Assembly: GCA_030248215.1 (NCBI GenBank)
Contig: JASANG010001649.1
Span: forward strand, 62,001-126,000
Origin: Enoplolaimus lenunculus
Taxonomy: Eukaryota
Length of the DNA stretch: 64,000 bases
Direction of reading: 5' to 3'
The position numbers and the translations under genes are program-made. Positions within the stretch are counted from its first letter, which is position 1. Every line of letters starts with the position of its first letter. Below are positions 1 to 12,005 of this stretch, in pieces. The notes below the pieces were generated by a model, which saw only the letters and a program-made list of their open reading frames with translations, was not told the DNA's origin and did no database searches.

Positions 1-3000
1 AGGTTTTGTAACTTTTCCAAACAGAATTACTTTTCAACACTTTTAGTTCCCTTGCTAGAAAACGTTTTTATTGAAGATAAAAGCAATGTATAAAACAGAC
101 CCGCCACAGTAAAAGCATATTCCTAAGCCTGAGCCTCAGCCTAAAGCCTAAGCGTAAGAATGAGATTTAACCTAAGTCTAAGCATGAGCAAAAAATTGAG
201 TTAATAGCATACTGTCAGAATACGCCCGTTATGAAACCTATCTTTGAACTACAACACATTTTTTTTGCGGTTGAAAACGTTTAAGACAACAAAAACAGCC
301 GCAAACAAGTGTAAAATGATTTCTTGCTCAAATAACATTATTTCTTTAGCAAAAACCAAATTTATCGCTACTACGTCGTAAACGTTATATATACAACGAA
401 AAGTGTAACCCACAAAAAAGCCTTGAAATGTTGACGAATGATGGTGTTTTTGCGTTGTCACAAGACAATTTCTGCAAACCATTGTGTGCAAAATTTAATT
501 TTCGATTGTCATTTTGATGTTTACAGGTATCATTTAAGCCTTTCTTAAAAGCAAAGAGAACTGAGAATAAGAATGATGCAGATTTTTTGTTTCACTTCCT
601 CTCACCTGCTGAGTGATTTTAAGTATTACACCAAAAAAAATTTTACTCTTGTATACATTTCTATTTACAAATTTAAAGCGAAGCCTTGAGCTCAAGTAAG
701 GAGTAATCCTAATCATAAGTCTAAATCTACACCCCTAAGTTATTCCAAAATTTGAAAATTTCAAAAACTATGGTGGAAAATGTACATTGTGCGGCGAATA
801 AAACCTGCATAGCGTTTAAAATAGTATTTCAGTTCATGGTTATTTTTTTAAGATTTCACTGTTTGGGCAGTCTGAACCATATAGACGCATGTGCAAGGTC
901 CTATCTTTTATAAAACCCAACCAAGTGAATAAGGAGTATATCTGATTGCATATAAGCTTGCCCTTAGTTTTGACGTTTGGAACGAAACAAAATAGCTTTG
1001 TGTTTTGGAGTCTATATAAATGTCAAAAATGACTTCTGTAATATATACTTGGTTGGCCGAAAATATGCGCATGCTTAAATTACCGTATATAGGTAAATGT
1101 ATTATTTTGGAAGAAAAACAACATATGGTTGACGGGTATATATATTTAAAGCCGGATTCGAAACTTTGTAGGTTTTAAGTGTTATTTTTAGGTCAAACTA
1201 TTGAAGACAAGGTTATGGAGCCAGAAGCGAATAACAGACAAAATTTTTCACACTGACACCATTGGATATGTTGGGCTAACTACCTGCGTGCAAACAACAC
1301 TAGAAATGACTCCCTAAAAACAACCAATTGCGCAGATTTGCAAACTTATTCCTTTTCTGCATAGTGTTGCACCATGATCAACTATTCAATTGCAAACTAT
1401 GCACGTGCAATAACTGCACAATATACAGCATTTAACTGATGTAACCGAATGTGAAAAATACCGGATCCGGAGGTCAAAAAAAATTCCAGAGATGAAGCCG
1501 AAGCGGACTCGAAATTAAAGTAGTTTAAACGATTTTTAATTTGCTAATTTTTGGCAAATGTACGATCAATCATTGTAAAAAATCCGACGATTCGTTCTGA
1601 AAATTGTACTGAAACGTATAGCCAAACACACTAAACGATCCTGGTTCGAAAATAGTGCAATTTGTTTTAGCGCTTAGCTACCTCAGCCCAACTTTTGTAC
1701 TGGTATAATGGTATACTTACTACACTAAACTTTCCTGGACTGAACCTCTTGAACCGTAGGGACTGCGGAGTAAAAAATTAACTGTTGAACTCTCAGAATC
1801 AGCGGTTCAACCTTTATAAGATTACATTATTTTTATTTATTTTCTAGAAAGGTCCATGTTCCGTACCTTCGCCCAATAAAATGCTACCAGCAAAAAAGTT
1901 ACATTTTTACAAGTGCACTTACCTCGAGCAGGTCCTTTGCGTTTATACGGCATATTGGCGTTAATCTGTTGGTTTATACCACCAAATATTGAATAAAATT
2001 ACCGATTCATTGATTATTCGATATACAATAAATGGTAATTACAGCTAAATTATGTTTTAGCATGTCAGACATAAGTGTTTTGAGCTCTAAAGCTTTATAC
2101 AAATTTTCGCTACATGTATTTCGCATTGATAACTATCAGCATCGTTAACTTTTTATCGGTTTTCAAGTAACCACAGCTATCAGCGATTGGGCTAGAAATA
2201 CGGGTGAAATTTGTTGGCATTCAGGGCAAATCAAGACTTCTCAAAAGGCCTCAAATTATTTGATAAAATTGTTTGTTGTTGATACAAGACAAAACATATT
2301 TATAAAAAGTATATAAATACAGAAACTATATTTTGTGAATTTTAATGAAGGAATGATGGCTTGTTTTATTTTGAGTAAGTTTTTATATGAATAAAAACAT
2401 TTTTAGTAAAAAAATGTTTATATAATTTTGTTCTCAATTTATAACTCTCAAATGCATTGTAAGCTGTAAAAATGTTCAAAAACTGTAATAATGAAATTGC
2501 ATTTGCAGCTTTGATTGCTAAATATTCTACGATTTGATCGTACTACCATCCAGCGGTGGTGAAGCAGTTAATTGCAATCTGAGGAATCATTTTGGGATCA
2601 GTTGTAGCCAGCGTAGCGAGCAAGAAATTTATTGACTTGCAGATTGTCAATTTTTTCGTTTTTGTAACGAAAGTTAAATTCTTGTACGTTTTTATTACGG
2701 TGCAGCCGGAAATGAAAAAAAACAAGAGTCGGAGCCGTAGGTGAAACAAAATTTACACAGCAGAAATTATGCTGAATTACAAAAGCTGCCGGAACCTCCT
2801 GAAAATTTTCTGCCAGTGCCGGATGCCGATTTTCTACTCTTGGTACACCACCGGCAGTGCCCTGAGCCTTCATGTGTGCGCCCTTATATTATTGGATAAT
2901 AAAGTTAAAACCGCTAATTATATACACAAATTTTTCAATAAACATATTCAAAGGCGAAACGCAATTAGATTCACGTTGGTAGCATAATCTTCCAAACCAT

Positions 3001-4196
3001 TAGAATGAAGCGGAAGACTCCGTTAATGGGCTTTATGTGGTATGATTTCTCGTATGCATATACCTATTGAAGTGTTTACTTCGAAATGTAAAAAAATGTT
3101 GTATATCTACTGTTGGTTTTTCTTTAATCTATCCAGTGTATTGCAAAGTTTCCACACTAAAATTGTAATTTGTAAACTTCGAAATTGTGTTTCAAAACAA
3201 TTTTTTCAGTTGCAACCGAAAACTCTTTGGTACTATAGGTTGCTAGTCGAAGCGAAAAATACGGCAACTGGAGATGAACCGAAATTAGTCAGTTGAAATG
3301 TTTAAGTTGCTAATTTCAGCAAATATTTGTAAATTGCTGGCATAATTTTGATTGTAGGCTTATTTTTTTTCGACATGCTTACATCTTCTTCTAAAAGCTG
3401 TACCGAAATTTAAAGCCAAACGCATCGAACGATACAATTTTTATAATGCTATAGAAAATTTAATTAGTGGAATTGCCGGAATCTTTATAATAACAAAATT
3501 TTCAGAAATTTCAAGGGTGAACATCAAATTAATTAGCAGAAGGCACGTTTAGCAACAACGGAAGCAAAATAAAGATTGTGATGCCGGGGCCAGTACATGC
3601 CAAACACAGCGAGGTGCCTCAAATCCCGTTTTACAACCTGCATAGAATTTAGGGCAGGTTGATACTGTCATTGACCGGCTGTTGGGCCTGCTGTCATCAT
3701 AAAGACCGGTATTTTTAAAAATTTCGCACCGGCTTCATGATTCTTAGCGAAAGTCTAGACCTTTCATTATTGCGTTCCACTTTTTGAGAAATGCGTGCTA
3801 CGTGCGCCTAAAATGGTTGTCTACTTTGCAATTCTGCAGTTTCGTGTCAAAAATACAGTCAAAGTATTCGATTAATTATTAAAAAATAAACCTCATTCAA
3901 CGCAATGTAATGCATAAAAATGTAAAATCGTTAACCCCTTTCAGACATAAAATTGTACGTAAAATAACGCACAAAGCGTTATGTTTAACCGTGATTATGC
4001 GTATGTGCCGGACAAAATGCCAACCGATATGTGGCCACTGTTGGGCTCGAGTGTCAGGCTGTTATAGGGCCTACTCGACAGTATTGTCGGTTCCAATCCT
4101 AGCTCGAAATTAGATCACAGATCAATTAAAAATATTCAAAATATTCATGAGAGAAATAGTTATCGTCGTGACGCTCCAAAATCTACGATTCTTCCC

Positions 4197-7100
4197 TCAT
4201 TGTGGCCCGGATGACGTCATAAATTTGTTTCTGTTTCGGCGACAATGAACATTACGGCAACAAGACCAAATGCTTGTGTGTTCGCGTGGTGGGAACATAG
4301 ATCCGTGCAAACTGCACTGATCGTTTGAATTAAACAGGAGTCGTCTAAAAGCGTCGCGAAACTTTTGGTTGATCAACGAATAAATTATTGGGTTAAGCGA
4401 CGAGTTGATGTAGCCGAGCCAGGTAAACGCGACGAATAACGTTTCGTGCCGGAGTGTCCATGCTTGAGGGGGTAGCCGATAGATAAAGTAAACTTTGACT
4501 ACATTGAGCGTGAAAAATGGCAGCCAGCACACGAAGAACACAACTGAAAAAAGCAGTAGAATTGCGCTGAACTTCATAATTCTTATAAAATGCGCTGTGT
4601 TTAACAATTATTAATACGCTTATGTGCAGTACGAACTCTCAGCAATACATGAGATTCTTTTGCGCTCGGGCGTCAAGTTCTTTAAAAGTCGAGGAGTGAT
4701 GATAAATGCGTGCGGTTAGGGCATATCGGGGTTGGAAGCCTCGTTTAAAATTTACTTTCAATATTCTTATCAAAAATGGTTAATGCAATAAATTTCGGTT
4801 ATCAGTATCAATTCAGAGTTGCTATCACACTTTAGTCACGCTAAGCGTAAGCATGATTGATGTGCAGCTTAGTCTAAGGGTTGCGCTATACTTGTTGCGC
4901 TCCGCGATACATCATCGCACGCCGGCGCGCGGCAGGGTGAAATTTTTTGTAAAAAAATTTGCAGCACGCCGCCGCACGCCACCAAATAGATTTTGGTTAT
5001 AGTTTTGTTAGCAACGCATGACGACACGCGGCAGCGTCCGGCACAGTAAAGTACAGTGCAACCCTAAGGGTGGCGCTATACTTTTGATAACGTCCGGCGC
5101 CGTTCGTCACTGTTTGGCGACGGACGGTACCGGACGGCGACGGACGATAAATATAGCGCCACCCGTACTGTGTTGGTCAGAGTCTAAACTGAAACAATCG
5201 AAAACAAAAACATTTTACCCTATTTTTCTTATCTGTGCTTAAGTATACAGAACTTACCCATGACTGTGGCAACTAATTTGGTGGCTCGAGATTCTTTGCG
5301 AACAGTCATACCATGTCGATTTTTCAGCTTCATTACCAGTTCGGTTGCTCTCGCTTTCATTCGTAAAATTTTACGGGCCCCTGATTCTCTGAAATATCAA
5401 TTATTTGGTCATCGGAGGATCCAGAAATATTTTCAAAAGGTGGGGGAACCAACGAGCCTAAGCAATGCTTTGATGCGTACAACCCACTAATGACATTGTA
5501 CTTGCTAATAAATTTCGATTATATATTAGTCAAAAACGTTTTCCTTGATCCGAAGGTGGGCTGAGCACCGACCAAATGTATAGAACAGTGCCGATACAGT
5601 AGCATAAAGCTTATTTTTAAGCCTAGGCCTAAGCCTAAGCTTAAGCCTAAGCCTAGTTCTAAGCTAAAAATATAGTCTAACGATTAAGATGTTATTCTCG
5701 TGTAGTCCCGCTGAATAACGGTTCGCCTCTGATTATTGCATGGGCCAGAGAATCCAACTAACATTCATGTTGATCTGCACTATAAAGATCTCAAGGAACT
5801 ACAATATCTGCAATTTAAGTGACGCAGTCGAATTTTAGACTTCAAGAATCGTTTTCGTCTGCTGAGATTAGGACTATGTTTAATTAACATTGACAATTTT
5901 GTGATGTATTTGTATAAAGAGTTGAATGCGGAACGGAACTTATTTTAAATCCGAGTTTCGTGATCTTTGACGAAAGAGACAAACAATATTTTTAAGAACA
6001 TTATTCTGGAAGTAGCTGGAAGAAGTAGCAAGAGGCTTCTAACAGATTAAAGAAACGTTTGAAACATAGAATTTATTCCTGTATATGGGTGGGCCCATGT
6101 GCTGAAGAGGTCGCTCCCAAAATCCGTGGATGTTGCCTAGGAAATTGGGTTTTGGGAAATTAGGATATTAGCCGGAAAATTGGGTTTTGGGCGCAGCCTT
6201 TTTCGCTTGGTAAATTGGAAAATTGAGATGTGGGATATTGGGACATTGCAAGGGAAATTGGATTTTGGGAAATTCGGATTTCTCAAGTGCGGGAGAATCA
6301 AATGTGCCAAACTGTCTACAAAGGGGCTGAGCTCCCTGATTTCGTGAGCTATGGATCCGTCAAGCCTATGCCCGAATATAAGTATGTACCTTAATTTTTC
6401 CCAGGATATTTGGATTTCACAAGGAAAATTGGCATATGACCCTTGATACTGCTATTTTGTGAAATTGAGATATTACCCGAGAAATTAGGATTTTCGGAAG
6501 TTGGGTATTACCCAGGATCTTGCGAGTTTAGGAAATTGGGATATTACCCGGGAAATTCGAATTTTGGGGAATTGGGAAATTAGCCGGAAATTGGGAGGGA
6601 CCAGTTCTATACATGGGCAGTGCGGTGTCTCTTTGTGTTTGCATGTGGCTCAGAGATCACCATAAAAACAGCATCTGCTTATCCCGCCGTATAGTTATGG
6701 TATTTAAGTTTTGGCCCATTTTTTGTTTAGTACCGCCTCGTTTTGGCACGACTGCAATACAGTATGATTACATTAGTGACTATCTTTCTTAGGCTTAAAG
6801 TTAGGATTAATACTTATTTTTACGCTTAGGCTCAAGCTTATCTAGAGATGCCGCCTTAAAGGTAACATTAATTCAAGTTTCTATAAATATTAAAATGTGT
6901 CACCTTTTATGTTTTTCAATCTGTCCATCATGAATGGTTTTACTTAACGCTCGCAACTTTAATCGAGTTGGCGAATCAATAAACAATTCACCGAGTTGTC
7001 GGTTAATTGACGATGATACTCCGCGATTTCTATTGGCTGTTAAACGTTCGCACTCTGGTACAGGTCTCACAGCGATATCTGATTGGTCCAGTTTTGAGAC

Positions 7101-10100
7101 GCCAGCCTCTGAATTGTATTGGACGCTTGCGGCCTGGGAATCTTCTCTGCGTTCTAATTGGTTGCCCTGTTTTCGGTACGAGGGGCTACGCTGAATTAGC
7201 ATATATACTTCTTTACATTCTAGCCTTAAAAAGTCTCTACACAAAATTATATATCGCGCTTGGACTCAGGCTTAGGATTAGTCTTGAGAAGAATAGGTTT
7301 ACACCAGGGGTGTCTATAAAAGAGAAGATAAAGGAATATATCCCATCCGGAAATTTCAGGAAACACAAGTGAATCGCACTTTCAGCAGGATTTAAGTTAA
7401 GGTTACGAATAAAAGGGCCAATAAGTTTCTGTTCGCTGCGGTCGCTCGGCAAAAGCACAACAGATTCACACTTCCCCCAAATGAAAGTTTTGTCGCTACT
7501 GGGTTAGGCTTAGCTTTAGGCTAACGTTGAAGTGAAGCATTTGGCTCAGTATCTTTTGCTTAGACTCAGGCTTAATAGGCTAACGCTAAGGTTCGCCTCT
7601 GGCTTAGACTCAAGTTTAGGCTTAAGATTAGACCTAAAAATAACAAACATCAATGGATTATTGGTGAAACTTTTGCATTCTATTAAAACACTGCTGCTAT
7701 AACTACACGAAACTAAACAAGTACCTGAATGAGTGCTTCGTTTTCATTGGCTGGAGACAGCGAACATGACGGCCGTTTTAAAATTGGCGTCACTGGCGGA
7801 GTCAGGGCGATTGGTTCTTGAAGCGTGCTTCTGTTGTCTTCTTGAAGCCAATTCGTCAGCGAATTATTTCCTAGATTTTCGTCGCAAGATGTGTCATCGA
7901 TACAGCTCACCGATCCGTCTATGCTTATCGAACCAAAGCTTACAGACGGTTGCGAAATACTACTAAGACTTGTCCGTTTTTTCAAACAACTCTGGTCTTT
8001 GGTATTTTTGTTCCATTCCGGTTTCACAGGTTCCGTTGCGTCCTCTTGAGCGCCTTGCATCGTTAAAATATCACCACAAATTGAACCATTTTGACAATGT
8101 TGCGATACAACACATTGACCGGAATCCGTATCATAAATCACTAGCGACGGGACTTGAGCGCTAACAACCAGAGGTATATCCTGTTTCACTTCAGCGCTCC
8201 CTTCTCCAAGTTCCGCCACCTTGGAATCGTACGTTGATTTTGACTCTTCGCTTCGTTTTCCCAGGATTGTTCCGAATACCCAACTTTTCCGTTTTCGATA
8301 CTGAGAAGTGCCGTTCGCATGTTCTAGGCCTCGGCTAACACCGGTCAATAGTTTCAGACGTTTGGTTGACGATAACGGGCACGTAGGGCTCGAATGATTT
8401 CTTTGGTGTAGAATTATTGGGTTAGGTGAGCAACAAGCTTCACGTTGCGTCGACCGCCGTCGAGATATAATACTGAGTTGTTTAGCGGCGCTTAGGGTCA
8501 CATTAATAGATGCTCGTCGAGAGTTGCCGCTACTGTATGCGTCTGAATACTCTCCAGCTGTGGTTGACGATAATTCTAGTTGAGACCGGCCTAATTTGCC
8601 TAAAATAGAATTTAGTTCAGTGACTTCTTCGAAAGCTAAATCTAATGTTTGGGGATTAGCAACTGCGGCAGCTTTTAAAGCTTCTGCTTCAGATACGACC
8701 CAGTCCATATAATTATCGTGTGTGCTTGTTTTGATAGTTATTGGCGAAGCTGTTAAGCTGCAATCGCTACCGCCGCTAGGCGAATGAATTTGAATTTGAA
8801 TGCTTATCGACGTCCGCGGGCCGTAGTGAGTTTCCATTGTTGACACATGGGGTCGTTGACGCTTCGGTGATGATATTTTAATTAATCCGTCGTCAAAATT
8901 TTGACCATTTTCTTGCTGGCCATCAGCGTTCGTGATGTTCGCTTTTGATGGCGTTTCGTTGTTGTCACATTGAGTGTATCCGGTTCCGGTGGGATTTACA
9001 GTTGGATTTGCACCCGGATTTGCAGTTGCTGCAACAAGCATGTTGTTATGTATGCGATTCATATGCATTGCGGCAGCTTCACGAAATTTAACTCGAAGTA
9101 AACTTTGTTTCAAATGATAAAATACTATCGTATACATAATTAGCATAACAGCGCTAGGGATGTAGAACGAAAACAATGAACCGTAGAGCATATATTCTGG
9201 ACTTTGTATGCCGCAAACTTGAGGTTTTGAACGCTTAGATGCGGCATCTTTGAAGATAAAATATGAAAATGACGCTATATTTGTTGAATTGAAAGTTTGG
9301 TTAGCGATCGATGCAAGCATTATACTGTTGTGGCTAAGTTGAGCTGAGCTATTAGCTAAGTCATCTGTGTTTGTTGTATTCATAATAATTCCGAGTGGAA
9401 ATCCAATACATATACTGAACGTCCATGATAGAATAATTATCGCACGAACACGACGGTGGTGTTGAGTGGTTTGATATTCCATGTGTCGAACTACGGCAAA
9501 GTATCTACAATAACATCTACAATAATATATACCAACAATAATACTAAAAATAATAATAACAATAATAGTACTAATAATAATAATGAAAATAATGGAAATA
9601 ACAATAGCAATAATAAGAACAACAAACACAAACAAAACAGCCAGTAGATAATTGTGCCAGTTTATTGAGCGAAGCGGAACTATGCACGCAGCTCGGAGTT
9701 TTTCGAAGCGTTTTATGTTTTGTACTCTGGGGTCGAAAGGTTGATGTCCGTCCGTCCGTCCGTTTGTCCGTCTGTCCGTCCGAAAAGAATCTCAGGAACC
9801 GCCGAACCGATTTTGATAAACTTTTTTATGTTTGACAGCTAATTATCTTGGGGTGTTAACCTTGAATTGGGGTTGTAAAATTTTAAGCCGTTTATTAGCT
9901 ACAGGCTAACTCGCACTACAGTTACCAGCCATCTAATTTCAAATCTAAAGGATGTTAGGATGCGTGGATGCGAGGAATCAGAAAAATATGTTTTTGCAAA
10001 CCTCCAAAACCGATAATTGTGTAGGTAGCTAGTAGATAATTTGCATATTAGCATAATTTATAAGCCTAAATTAGGACTTTTGCAATATTTCACTAATTAT

Positions 10101-12005
10101 AAGGGTTAAAAGCAATCTAATTTCAGCACTAATAGTTATTTGGGTGCGAGTAATCCGAATAAATTGCTTACAAACCTCCAAACCGATAATTGAATAGTTA
10201 GCTAATTGCTAACTTGCATATTTGCTAAAACTGATAAGCCTAAACAGTGGCTTTTGAAATTATTTCACAAATTATGAGAGTTACTGAAGAGTTTTAGGGT
10301 GCAAAGAATATGAATAAATTGTTTACAAACCTCCAAAACCGATAAATGAATAGTTAGTTAATAACTAATTTGCACATTAGCTTAATCGCTTACGTGTGCT
10401 CGAGCTTCGCTCAATACATGTAGTCCCACTACAACTGGTTAACTTTTTTTATTGTGCTACAGTCGAAATGTTTAAAATCTAAAACTTGCTAGTAGTCGAC
10501 CATACAAGACTACTAAAAAGTTTACCTCGGTGCCGGGGTAAAGATATCCGCACCCACCGACACTGTGGATTAGGTCCTTCACTACGGAGCATCAGTTGAT
10601 CCAAAAACGACGGGCATACAGCAGAAAAAACTCACGTGCGAAGCGAGCGAGAAGCCACAGAGTTAAGCATAAATAACGCGATGGGTAACTTGAATCGCGC
10701 CAAAGTCGCATAACGTTTGAAATTGCATGGCTGACAAGTTTTGTGGATGCCTCTAAGTGCCCGAAAAACACTCTTCGCCAGTAGGGGTTAGTAAAAGCGC
10801 ACTAGCTTACCTGTCAACGCTAATTGCAGTTAAATGTACAATCGATGAAGTACTTGCAGTGACGTCAGCAATTACAAACATTTGACACATAACTCGTGGT
10901 AAATCCCAGGACAACTGATTGTTCTGAAATAAATTAAATGAGAAACTTTTTTAGTTTTAAAATTTACTACTATACCCCTAATGTTTATCGCGCTTTAGTC
11001 AAGAGGCTTACAATTAAGTGTGATCGGAAAATGTTACACACATAAAATAAAATAGACCAGCCCTGAGATTTTGGGGATTGCGGTTTCGGCGTTTAGAAAT
11101 ATGTAACAACTATAGAAAGCTTTAATTTCAAAACTGACGTCATTAATTATTATCATTTTATCAATTTACGCAATATATATAGATGTACAATTATACACTT
11201 TTCACTGATACATCCTGAAACCGGTCATTAAAATGCGGTAAAGCAAGGACAGACGAATGGTAAGTGACAAATGTGACTAATTTCCTATAGGTTGGGTATA
11301 AAATTTGATTACTTTGGCCTATTTAAAGATCACAGGGGAACGTTTTCTGTGACACTGTAATAGAGTAACCTTAAGATTTAGACAATTTTTGGTTAAGGTT
11401 TAGGCTTACGTTTAAGCTTAGGAATATACTGCATACCACTGCTACAGTTCTGTTCTATACATTGTCAATAGGGTTTAATAACGATCGCAAAAACACAATG
11501 TTGCTCGAACTCTATATTTTCCTCCTACCTGTAGTAAGCTCAATGACCTAGACAGAGCTACAATTGCTCAAAGGACACTCGCACAAGGATTTTGAGACTT
11601 ACAAACGACGATGGAACTTTTCTAGAGTGCCACAACATCCAGGAGAAATTTAGACCCTCTGGAATTGCTCTGGATGCGGTCTCAAACAAAATCACCCCCT
11701 CCCCAAAAAATTCAGATCCGCTAGAGTTTGTAACTTACCACAAGGTACAATGCAAGCGGCATCACAACTATACCCACTAACAAATCAGCCAAAGCTAAAC
11801 TAAGCAACAAATAATTGGTCGTATTATTCAGTAAACGCTCTGTTCGGATCGCAACAATGACTAAGAAATTGCCGAAAACAGTAATCACAGGGACAGCAGT
11901 TAACGCTGCGAATAATAACGGATGAACCCTGAAAACGGCTTCGCTGGCATCCACGGCTGGCGACGGACTACCGGTCTGGTTGAGGTATGCGTCGAGTGTT
12001 GTCAT
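4197..12005 (-). CDS. Class A GPCR, D2-like dopamine/biogenic amine receptor, 6 exons, ~974 aa
   Basis: Exons on minus strand: 11739-12005, 10811-10923, 7725-9504, 6904-7190, 5258-5388, 4197-4543. All junctions are GT-AG with matching phases; 2925 nt total. Motifs: TM1 GNFLV, TM2 LALADLLVG, TM3 IADVTASTSS (Asp3.32) and VDRY, TM5 SLFSFYIP, TM6 CWLPFF, TM7 WLGYINSSLNPIIY. Exact orthologue (dop-2/3/5/6-like) not resolved. Confidence 0.92.
4878..5164. mobile_element. Two adjacent Tourist-type MITEs (4878-5064 and 5068-5164) sharing a TAA
   Basis: TAA-GGGTTGCGCTATAC...GTACAGTGCAACCC-TAA-GGGTGGCGCTATAC...ATATAGCGCCACCC. Confidence 0.78.
5570..5746 (+). mobile_element. Telomeric-repeat-bearing MITE copy (receptor intron 4)
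   Basis: aatgtatagaacag...(gcctaa)n...cgcctctgattattgcatgggcc. Confidence 0.75.
6130..6597 (+). repeat. Degenerate G-rich minisatellite (GGAAATTGGG-based units) in receptor intron 4
   Basis: Recurrent ggaaattgggttttg and ggaaattgggatattacccg units, interrupted at ~6285-6400. Confidence 0.7.
9520..9640. repeat. Degenerate (AAT/AAC)n microsatellite abutting the receptor exon-3 acceptor
   Basis: Direct reading; it explains the poly-Ile N-terminus of ORF 7713-9635. Confidence 0.85.
9665..10438 (+). mobile_element. Non-autonomous Helitron-type (DINE-1/HINE-like) element, copy A, in receptor intron 2
   Basis: 5' TTGAGCGAAGC with subterminal inverse CGAGCTTCGCTCAA, a (GTCC)n microsatellite, and a 3' hairpin GTAGTCCCACTAC followed by CTGG (CTRR). 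Sits between A and T with no TSD; three internal ~175-bp repeats. Confidence 0.8.

Noticed and set aside
2543..2987. Short ORFs in a slightly GC-richer patch
   Set aside because: No domain similarity or splice chain; probably decayed repeat.
9505..9635. Hydrophobic poly-Ile N-terminus of the 640-aa ORF as a transmembrane segment
   Set aside because: It is translated intronic ATT microsatellite; the real exon starts at 9504 and completes the DRY motif.
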